Origin: an uncultured Bacteriovoracaceae bacterium
GTDB lineage: Bacteria > Bdellovibrionota > Bacteriovoracia > Bacteriovoracales > Bacteriovoracaceae
Reading direction: 5' to 3'
DNA length: 64,000 nucleotides
NCBI GenBank assembly: GCA_964012805.1
Contig: CAXGUD010000008.1
Coordinates: 32,001-96,000 of the forward strand
The position numbers were made by a program, and so were the translations under genes. The notes below the pieces were generated by a model. The model searched no databases. It was not told where the DNA came from and saw only the letters and a list, made by a program, of their open reading frames with translations. The stretch's first letter is position 1; each line of letters opens with the position of its first letter. Of this stretch, positions 56,548-64,000 are shown piece by piece.

Positions 56548-57372
56548 TTAATCCTCACTGCCAATCTTTTTGATTGCATCTGCAAGAAGCGAGCTAAAGA
56601 AGTTCATAACTTTTAAAGCCTGTTCTTTAATGTCTTCGTGTTTGAGAGTTTCGTCTTTAATTCCTGCAGCCATATTTGTTATGCAGGAAAGCCCACCTAC
56701 CTTGACCCCAAAGTGATTTGCTGCAATTGACTCAGGTACGGTACTCATACCAACCATGTCTGCACCAAGAATCCTGAGCATTTTAATTTCTGATGGCGTT
56801 TCGTAAGTTGGGCCAAGTAAGCCAGCATAGACTCCAGATTTTAAATTTGAGCCCATATCTCTAGCAGACTCAAGGAAAGCTTTTTTAATATCAGGATGAT
56901 AGGCGTGTGACATATCAGGAAACCTTGGCCCTAATTCTGATTTGTTAGGTCCAATAAGAGGGTTTCTGCCAGTTAGATTTATATGGTCATCAATCAATAT
57001 AATGTCACCAGGGTTATAATCCAGGTTTATTCCGCCAGCAGCATTTGTAAGAATTAGGTTCTCTATTCCTAAGGTTGCAAGAACTCTAGTGGAAAAGACA
57101 ACTTCTTCCATGCTATAGCCTTCATAAGCATGGATTCTACCCTGAAGAACCGCTATTTCAACTTCTTCAATATTACCCAATATAAGGCGACCCTCGTGAC
57201 CCTCTACATTTGGGCTTTTGAAATTAGGAACCTCTGAGTATGGAATAACCTTTGGGTTTTCAATTTTATCTACAAAAGCACCTAAACCTGAGCCCAGAAC
57301 AACTCCTACCTTAGGAGAAGTTGAACTAAGTGATTGGATATATTTAGCTGATTGTTCTAATTTTTCATACAT
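56548..57372 (-). CDS. punA: Purine nucleoside phosphorylase (trimeric type)
   Basis: VLGSGLG, GRIHAYEG, TNAAGG, GPTYET, VGMSTVPE; TAATG coupling to pdp. Confidence 0.94.
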   Translation of the reverse strand: MYEKLEQSAKYIQSLSSTSPKVGVVLGSGLGAFVDKIENPKVIPYSEVPNFKSPNVEGHEGRLILGNIEEVEIAVLQGRIHAYEGYSMEEVVFSTRVLATLGIENLILTNAAGGINLDYNPGDIILIDDHINLTGRNPLIGPNKSELGPRFPDMSHAYHPDIKKAFLESARDMGSNLKSGVYAGLLGPTYETPSEIKMLRILGADMVGMSTVPESIAANHFGVKVGGLSCITNMAAGIKDETLKHEDIKEQALKVMNFFSSLLADAIKKIGSED

Positions 57373-58772
57373 TAGTTGTGGCTCCACTTAACAGAGGTTT
57401 CGTATATAAGAGGACGTTTTTTGAGAGGAACTTTGGGCTTTATTTTAATATCTTGTTGAGCAAGTTCTTCTTTAAGGGTGTTCGCGAGTTCGCTTTGAGT
57501 TTCATGGTGGTAAATTGTGAGGATTGGCTCTCCAGCTTTAACTTTGTCACCTATTTTTTTGTGAAATATAAAACCTACACTTGGGTCTACCAAGTCTTCC
57601 TTTACCAACCTGCCTCCTCCTAACTTTACACAATGGAGGCCAATTTTTTTTGTATCCATTGAGTGGATGTAGCCACTCTTCATGGAGAGAACCTCTGTTC
57701 TCTGGGTAGCAAGATTAAACTTTGAGTAATCTTCTACAAAGGAGGCATCGCCTCCCTGTGTTTTTAAAAGGTCGACAAACTTTTTTAATGCAGATCCATC
57801 TTTGAGTGCATTTTTGGCCATTTTTATTCCGGCTTTGTGTGTTTTAGCTAGCCCCGCAATATGAATCATACCTCCTGCTAATTCTAAAGAGACTTTTGTT
57901 AGGTCTTTAGGGCCATTTCCTTTTAAAGTTTCAATACTTTCTATTATTTCAAGGCTATTACCGACGGCCATGCCCAGAGGTTCTGACATGTCTGTAATCA
58001 TAGTCATAATATTTTTGTTAAACCTCAGTGCAGTATCTTGAAGGCTTTTGGCCAGCTTGCGGGCCTTGCCAAGGGTCGTTAGGAAGGCGCCTTGACCTGT
58101 CTTAATGTCCATAACGATGCCACTGGCTCCTTCTGCTAGTTTTTTGCTCATGATGGAAGCTGTTATAAGGGGGATGCAATCTATTGTTGCTGTTACATCT
58201 CTAAGCCCATAAATGATTTTGTCTGCTGGAGCAATGTCTTGGGTTTGCCCCATGAGAACAAGGTTATTAGCTTCAAGGATTTTTTTAAACTCATCAATAG
58301 ATAAACTAGTTTTAAAGCCTGGAATAGACTCAATCTTATCAGTTGTTCCCCCTGTGTGGCCTAAGCCTCTCCCAGAGATCATAGGAACTTTAACTCCACA
58401 AGCTGCTGCAATTGGTGCGAGGATAAAAGAGGTCTTGTCTCCAACTCCTCCCGTAGAGTGCTTGTCTATGACCCTTTGTTCGGGAAAGTTTAAAACTTTT
58501 CCTGAATAAAGCATGGCATCTGTAAGTGCACTTGTTTCGTCTGTATTGAAACCGTTAATATGAATTGCCATTAGAAGTGCAGTCATTTGGTAATCTGCAA
58601 CCTCGCCGGATAGCAAGCCATTAATGAACCATTTAATTTCCTGAGAGGAAAGTTGCTTACCTTGACTTTTTTTTTGGAGTATCGTGTAAGCAGAAAAGTC
58701 TAATTGACTTGCTTTTTGTTCTTCTATTTTATTTTTTGAAGACGGTTTTTTTTTAACCTGATTTTCTAACAT
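57372..58772 (-). CDS. pdp: Pyrimidine-nucleoside / thymidine phosphorylase
   Basis: DKHSTGGVGDK, SGRGLGHTGGT, SIMSKKLAEG. Confidence 0.95.
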   Translation of the reverse strand: MLENQVKKKPSSKNKIEEQKASQLDFSAYTILQKKSQGKQLSSQEIKWFINGLLSGEVADYQMTALLMAIHINGFNTDETSALTDAMLYSGKVLNFPEQRVIDKHSTGGVGDKTSFILAPIAAACGVKVPMISGRGLGHTGGTTDKIESIPGFKTSLSIDEFKKILEANNLVLMGQTQDIAPADKIIYGLRDVTATIDCIPLITASIMSKKLAEGASGIVMDIKTGQGAFLTTLGKARKLAKSLQDTALRFNKNIMTMITDMSEPLGMAVGNSLEIIESIETLKGNGPKDLTKVSLELAGGMIHIAGLAKTHKAGIKMAKNALKDGSALKKFVDLLKTQGGDASFVEDYSKFNLATQRTEVLSMKSGYIHSMDTKKIGLHCVKLGGGRLVKEDLVDPSVGFIFHKKIGDKVKAGEPILTIYHHETQSELANTLKEELAQQDIKIKPKVPLKKRPLIYETSVKWSHN

Positions 58773-58940
58773 AAAGTTTACCTGTTTTAACCAATTGGAT
58801 CAAAGCCTTCCGTCACAATGCCCAATGCTTTTAAAAAGGTCCACCATGATATTCTTAATTCTGATGAGTTGTAAATATGAAATGACTTTAATAAGCTATT
58901 ACTTTCAGGAAGATAGGAAACAATTAAAAATATTGAGGTA

Positions 58941-59399
58941 ATGGTCATGAACAAACTTTGGCAGAAAATGTGGAGAATGACGTTTTGTTTTTTTATTTTT
59001 TGCTCCTTTCTGCTACCTAACTCTAATCAAGGGTTTGCTCAGGAAGGTGGCAGCACGGGTGTTTTAGGAGATTCTTTAAGGGACCTTTATACGGTAGCAG
59101 GAGTTGGAGTTGCAGGGTCAGTCTTGGGACTTTCCACGCTTTCATTTGTGGAGGAGCCAGGAGAAAACTTAAAAAATATTGTTACGGGAGGGGCTATCGG
59201 AATTATTTTAGGGGTTGGAGTCGTCGCTTGGAAACATGCATCAAGAAGTAAAGACGCATATGATACATCGGAAACTAAAAGTCCTGATAACCCTATTAAG
59301 AAAGACTTCTTCGCTGGAAGTGAGCTTTTTTCTAAGTCAAATACTAAAAAAGGTCTTGCTAGTTTAGCTCCTATGGTTCGGTATAATATTCACTTTTAA
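58941..59399 (+). CDS. Small exported/membrane protein with Gly-rich hairpin
   Basis: Signal peptide (GFA-Q), two Gly-rich hydrophobic helices, C-terminal Phe. Confidence 0.7.
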   Translation: MVMNKLWQKMWRMTFCFFIFCSFLLPNSNQGFAQEGGSTGVLGDSLRDLYTVAGVGVAGSVLGLSTLSFVEEPGENLKNIVTGGAIGIILGVGVVAWKHASRSKDAYDTSETKSPDNPIKKDFFAGSELFSKSNTKKGLASLAPMVRYNIHF

Positions 59400-59554
59400 C
59401 GGACTTAAAAGTCCAAAAAATCATTGGCTTATAAACATATCATATTCCATTTAAAGAAAACTTTGTGTTGACCATTATCTTGATTTTAGGGGCTGGACAT
59501 TATATGGATAAATGCCCAAATTTTAGGGGTAATGGATTTTTTTAGGAGGATGGT

Positions 59555-60790
59555 GTGCTGCAAGAAAGAATTGTTTCCTTTATAGGTTTACTTGTCATGG
59601 TTGGAATAGCTTACCTACTCAGCGACTCTAAGGAAAAAGTGAATAAAAAGACGATTCTAACTGGAATTGGTTTACAACTTCTTTTTGGGTTTTTGATCCT
59701 TAAAACTCCTTGGGGAAAAAGTTCATTTGAATGGATTAAACAATTCTTTGTTCAAATTCTAGACTTTACTAACGCAGGTTCAGACTTTGTGTTTGGAGGC
59801 TTAAAGGATTTCCAGAAGGTCGGGTTTGTTTTTGCCACTTTTGTTCTTCCTACTATCATTTTCATGTCAGCATTAATGTCAGTTCTCTATCATATTGGGA
59901 TCATGCAGCTTCTGATTAAGGGAGTTGCTTGGGTAATGGTACGTGTTATGGGGACCTCAGGAGCCGAATCTCTTGCCGCAGCCGCTAATATCTTTGCAGG
60001 TCAAACCGAAGCACCTCTGGTTGTTAAACCCTACCTTTCTAAAATGACAAGATCTGAGCTTATGGCCTTAATGACAGGAGGAATGGCTACTGTTGCTGGT
60101 GGTGTTCTTGCAGCTTACGTTGGAATGGGGATTGATGCAGGTCACCTTCTTGCTGCATCTGTTATGTCCGCGCCAGCTGCATTGGTTTGTGCTAAGTTGC
60201 TTGTTCCTGAAACCGAAAAGTCTGTAACCAAAGGCGATGTGAGTTTTCAATTGCCGAAAACATCGACGAACATAATTGATGCTGCAGCGACAGGTGCCTC
60301 TGAAGGTTTGACCCTTGCTCTTAATGTTGCAGCGATGTTGCTTGCCTTTATAGCTTTAATAGCACTTTGCAATGGTGTTCTTGGCTGGGTAGGGAGTTGG
60401 GTTGGTTATCCTAATGTAACAATAGAATTTCTTTTAGGTTATTTATTTGCTCCAGTTGCCTGGCTATTGGGAGTTCCCTGGAATTGGGATGAATGTTTGA
60501 AAGTTGGAACTTTGTTAGGTCAAAAGCTAGTTTTGAATGAGTTCGTTGCCTATACTGGGCTGCAAAAAATGATCAATACACCGGGTGGCCTTTCTGAAAG
60601 ATCTATCAATATTAGTATTTATGCTCTTTGCGGTTTTGCAAATTTCAGTTCCATTGCTATACAGGTTGGTGGAATAGGTTCATTAGCTCCTGATAGAAGA
60701 AAAGAGTTTGCTAAACTTGGAATGAAGTGCCTCTTAGGTGGCACTCTTGCATGCTTGATGACTGCTTGTATTGCTGGGATAATGATCTAA
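59555..60790 (+). CDS. nupC: NupC/CNT concentrative nucleoside transporter
   Basis: [30 protein letters not shown]. Confidence 0.95.
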   Translation: MLQERIVSFIGLLVMVGIAYLLSDSKEKVNKKTILTGIGLQLLFGFLILKTPWGKSSFEWIKQFFVQILDFTNAGSDFVFGGLKDFQKVGFVFATFVLPTIIFMSALMSVLYHIGIMQLLIKGVAWVMVRVMGTSGAESLAAAANIFAGQTEAPLVVKPYLSKMTRSELMALMTGGMATVAGGVLAAYVGMGIDAGHLLAASVMSAPAALVCAKLLVPETEKSVTKGDVSFQLPKTSTNIIDAAATGASEGLTLALNVAAMLLAFIALIALCNGVLGWVGSWVGYPNVTIEFLLGYLFAPVAWLLGVPWNWDECLKVGTLLGQKLVLNEFVAYTGLQKMINTPGGLSERSINISIYALCGFANFSSIAIQVGGIGSLAPDRRKEFAKLGMKCLLGGTLACLMTACIAGIMI

Positions 60791-60851
60791 TAATATATGA
60801 TATAAATCATTATTATATTTGATCCGTAACTTTAAAAAATTGAGAACCTAG

Positions 60852-62438
60852 ATGGGAAAAGAGCTACTTTTAAATCAAACATTAAATGAGTGTAGAGCAG
60901 CTCTTTTGGATAGTGGAGAAATTCTTGACTACCTTATGGAAAGGCATAGGGAAAGTGTTGATAATCATCCATCGGTGGGAAATATCTACAGAGGCAGAGT
61001 TTTAAGAGTCTTACCTGGCATGCAATCTGCTTTTGTCGATATAGGTTATGAAAAAGCAGCGTTTTTGTATGTGGATGATGCCTATATCCCTACTCTACAA
61101 GAGCAGAGGGAGATGGCCGAATTAAGTAAAAAGAATCTAGAGGAGGAAGGCTCTAACCAAATAGGCGAAATTATTCCTGACGAGTTAAGCACTCTGGGTG
61201 AATCCGTGAATATGAGGTTCAGGCCTGAGGCCGCAATAGAAACATTTCTAAAAGAAGGCCAAGAAATTATTGTTCAAATAGCTAAGGAGCCGATTTCCAC
61301 AAAGGGCCCTCGTATTACGAGACATATAACTCTTGCAGGTAGGCATGTGGTCTTTATGCCTTATATTGAGCATACTGGCGTTTCTAGAAGAATTGAAAGT
61401 GAAGATGAAAGGGAAAGATTAAAAGAGATTCTTGATAATATAAGACCCGAGGGGAAAGGAATAATTGCAAGAACAGCAGCGGAGGGCCAAAGCTCCAAAA
61501 CTCTTAGAGCTGATTTCAATATGTTGGTTAAAATCTGGAAAGAAGTTGGGAGGAAAGCTGAAAAGGCAAAAGCTCCTTACCTCGCTTATCAAGACTTAAA
61601 CTTTATTCAAAGAGTTTTAAGAGATATTACTGATGAAGACGTCCATCAAATAGTTGTAGACACTAAAGATAACCTTAAAGAAGTTGAAAAATTTATATCA
61701 AAATTTCTTCCTTCCATGAGAGGTAAAACGAGGTTATATGAAGGAGATGCTCCTATCTTTGAGCATTATGGGATAGACCTTGAAATTGAGCGAGGTCTTT
61801 CTAATAAAGTTTTCCTTCGCTCTGGAGGATCTTTAAATATAGATCAAACTGAAGCCCTAGTCTCTATTGATGTAAATACAGGGAAGTACATAGGTAGAAA
61901 GACTCTCGAGGATACGATTCTCAAGACAAACTTGGAAGCTGTCAAAGAGATCGCTTATCAACTTCGCTTAAGAAACTGTGGTGGTATCATTATTATTGAT
62001 TTCATCGATATGGAAAAAGAGGAGAATAGGTTTGCAGTATATTCTGCCCTTTTGGAAGCTTTAAAAAAAGACCGGGCCAAAACAAACGTTCTTCCTATCT
62101 CAGGTCTAGGCTTAGTGGAGATGACAAGAAAAAGGACGAGAGACACCTTAACAAGAGTTATGTGTGAACCTTGCCCTTATTGTGAAGGCACGGGAAGAGT
62201 AAAATCTACTCTTACTGTTTGTTACGAACTTATTAGAGAGTTAACAAAACTGCTTAGAAAAAATAAAAACTGTAAGAAAGTTTATATTTATGCGCATCCT
62301 GAAGTCACGGCAAGGCTCTGCGGTGATGACCTTGATATTATTGACACCTTGGAAGAGAGGTTTGGCACAGCGTTAATAATCAGGTCTGAGAATAATTATC
62401 ATGTTGAGCAATATGAAATCTTTTCGAGAGAATATTAG
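60852..62438 (+). CDS. rng: Ribonuclease G (Rne/Rng family)
   Basis: GNIYRGRV..VLPGMQSAFVDIG, IDVNTG, IIDFIDM, CPYCEGTG; no long RNase E tail. Confidence 0.94.
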   Translation: MGKELLLNQTLNECRAALLDSGEILDYLMERHRESVDNHPSVGNIYRGRVLRVLPGMQSAFVDIGYEKAAFLYVDDAYIPTLQEQREMAELSKKNLEEEGSNQIGEIIPDELSTLGESVNMRFRPEAAIETFLKEGQEIIVQIAKEPISTKGPRITRHITLAGRHVVFMPYIEHTGVSRRIESEDERERLKEILDNIRPEGKGIIARTAAEGQSSKTLRADFNMLVKIWKEVGRKAEKAKAPYLAYQDLNFIQRVLRDITDEDVHQIVVDTKDNLKEVEKFISKFLPSMRGKTRLYEGDAPIFEHYGIDLEIERGLSNKVFLRSGGSLNIDQTEALVSIDVNTGKYIGRKTLEDTILKTNLEAVKEIAYQLRLRNCGGIIIIDFIDMEKEENRFAVYSALLEALKKDRAKTNVLPISGLGLVEMTRKRTRDTLTRVMCEPCPYCEGTGRVKSTLTVCYELIRELTKLLRKNKNCKKVYIYAHPEVTARLCGDDLDIIDTLEERFGTALIIRSENNYHVEQYEIFSREY

Positions 62439-62547
62439 TCTTTTTTAACCCTTTATCCTTAGTTTTTGATTGCTGCTCCCTTTAAATCTGAGAAAAAGAA
62501 TGCTAAGTTACACAGGCTATTTGCAAATTTAATGCTTAGCGTTGTAA

Positions 62548-62604
62548 TAACTCGCTCTTTCCTAATAATGGGGAAGAGCTCAATTGTAAGCCAGGAGTTA
62601 AACC
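62548..62604 (+). promoter_or_regulatory. Candidate S6:S18 ribosomal-protein leader RNA
   Basis: TAACTC/GAGTTA pairing covers the SD; inner stem GCTCTTTCC/GGGAAGAGC; unpaired CCA just before GGAG. Confidence 0.7.
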
Positions 62605-63240
62605 ATGATTTACGAATTGGCCTTAGTGGCGAAAGCTGAATTACCAGAGAATGAGTTAGAAGCTCTTTCAGAAATGGTAAAAGACGTCCTTAAAGAAGGA
62701 TCTGGAGAACTTTTTATAGAAGATGATTGGGGTAAATTGAACCTCGGTCAACCAACTTCTAATGGAGTTCGAAGAGGTTTCTTTAAGTACTTTATTTTCA
62801 AATTGGATCCTCAGACAAACAAAGAGTTAAACAGAAGAATCCTCATTAACGAGGGTATTTTGAAGTCACTTCTTGTTAAGCTTGGGGAGACAAAGGAACA
62901 AGATCAAATTATCAAAGCTTATAAAACACCTTATTCTAAAAAGTATAAGGGTAGCGCAACTTCTCCTTCTAGTACTGAAGAAGGTCAAGGCGGAGGAGAC
63001 CTCGAGAAAGATAAGAAAAGATTCGCTAGAAGAAAGTCTTGTTGGTTTACTGCTAAGAAAATTAAAGCAGATTGGAAAGATCCAACAACATACTCTTGGC
63101 TTATTAACGAATTTGGTAAAATCTCACCTGCACGAGTTACTGGTGTAAGCAGAAGACATCAAAGAATTGTTAATAGAGCTATCAAAAGAGCAAGACAAAT
63201 TGGTATGGTAAGTCACCTATCCAATAGATTAGCTGAATAG
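62605..63240 (+). CDS. rpsF-rpsR: Fused ribosomal protein S6-S18
   Basis: S6-like N-terminus (YEL...DDWG...EL.R...INE.IL) in frame with S18 (RRKSCWF, DWKD, EFGKISPARVTG, HQR..AIKRARQIG). Confidence 0.92.
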   Translation: MIYELALVAKAELPENELEALSEMVKDVLKEGSGELFIEDDWGKLNLGQPTSNGVRRGFFKYFIFKLDPQTNKELNRRILINEGILKSLLVKLGETKEQDQIIKAYKTPYSKKYKGSATSPSSTEEGQGGGDLEKDKKRFARRKSCWFTAKKIKADWKDPTTYSWLINEFGKISPARVTGVSRRHQRIVNRAIKRARQIGMVSHLSNRLAE

Positions 63241-63263
63241 TAATTAAGAGAGACTTATTTCAG

Positions 63264-64000
63264 ATGTCGATTGAAAAAGATAATACAGACGGAGTAGAGA
63301 ATAAAGGAAACCCTAAGAAGTTGGAAAAGCTTTTTATTTTAGGTTTTTTCTCTGTTCTTTTAGCAGGAACACCATTGATTTCTCAAATTTTTGGTGCTTT
63401 TTTGCCCGTTCCGCTGTGCATGGTTTTCTTGATTTATGGAAAGAGAGCAGGGAGTCTTTTTGCTGCTGTAATAACAGCGGTTCTTCTTTTTCTACACTCT
63501 TCCACGAAGGTAACTATACCTCCTGTACCACTCATGTTGTATGGGCTGTGTTTTTCTCTCGTTATAGCTGAATTTGTTAATAGAAGAGTCCATCCTATCA
63601 GAGGGTTTCTTATAGGCGGTTTTTCACTGTTCGCAATATTGGCCTCATTTCTTTTTTTTAGCGAATTCTTTACTGATTTTTCTATTAGAGGTGAAGTTGA
63701 AAAGAATGTGATGAACTTTGCTGAGAGTTTTAAGAAGGGGCCAGGCGCCGAGGCATTATCCCAAGGGGGAGAAGGTGCTAGGCGAATTCAAGATATCGTT
63801 GATAAACCTGAGGTCTACGTCAATGAAGTTATGAATTGGATTCCATCTGCTATCTTTGCGGTTTTTTTCCTTAGCTGGTGGACTAACTTCTATCTTGTTT
63901 TAAGAAATGATTCTGTTTGGCGTTCTTCTGGCGAGGATTATCCTTTTTCCCTTGATGAATTCGTAAAGTTTAGGGTGCCAGATTTCTGTATATGGATTTT
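63264..64000 (+). CDS. DUF2232/YybS-like membrane protein, 3' truncated by the window
   Basis: Hand-translated hydrophobic ORF (MSIEKDN...FLPVPL...YGKR); DUF2232 commonly follows rpsR. Confidence 0.65.
   Translation, partial: MSIEKDNTDGVENKGNPKKLEKLFILGFFSVLLAGTPLISQIFGAFLPVPLCMVFLIYGKRAGSLFAAVITAVLLFLHSSTKVTIPPVPLMLYGLCFSLVIAEFVNRRVHPIRGFLIGGFSLFAILASFLFFSEFFTDFSIRGEVEKNVMNFAESFKKGPGAEALSQGGEGARRIQDIVDKPEVYVNEVMNWIPSAIFAVFFLSWWTNFYLVLRNDSVWRSSGEDYPFSLDEFVKFRVPDFCIWI

Noticed and set aside
59400..59554. Purine riboswitch before nupC
   Set aside because: Core motifs and three-stem junction not found
62873..63148. Alternate-frame ORF as a separate rpsR or ssb
   Set aside because: S18 motifs are in the S6 frame; this ORF has no recognisable motifs

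Overview
AT-rich, gene-dense bacterial chromosome segment of about 63 CDS. I found no tRNA, rRNA, CRISPR array, IS element or prophage. Gene content suggests a predatory Bdellovibrionota, probably Bacteriovoracia (inference from the FHA-GGDEF DgcB-like cyclase, GYF_2 and PilZ proteins, vWA lipoprotein, myxobacterial-type Ser/Thr kinase and FliA-like promoters). Mostly housekeeping blocks: aroK, alr-mlaEFD, tsaC, dciA, lptE-holA, rpsT, hbd-crt and thiolase, mutL-miaA-ppsR-mgtE(N)-Nramp, rlmN-sppA-lapB, tolQRAB, ftsEX-envC-ctpA-xseA, pdp-punA-cdd and nupC, rng. Most notable: (1) one ORF fusing ribosomal proteins S6 and S18 behind an apparent S6:S18 autoregulatory leader; (2) a GYF_2 membrane-protein gene split by an A14 tract with a slippery site; (3) two genes whose conserved N-termini need ATA or ATT starts; (4) MutL lacking its endonuclease motifs; (5) a trans-envelope-type MlaD; (6) an MgtE cytosolic sensor paired with an Nramp-type transporter; (7) a candidate kinase/FHA-cyclase/PilZ circuit with sigma28-like promoters; (8) a histone-H1-like zinc-finger protein; (9) many apparent pseudoenzymes. 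All calls are from motif recognition by eye; no searches were run.
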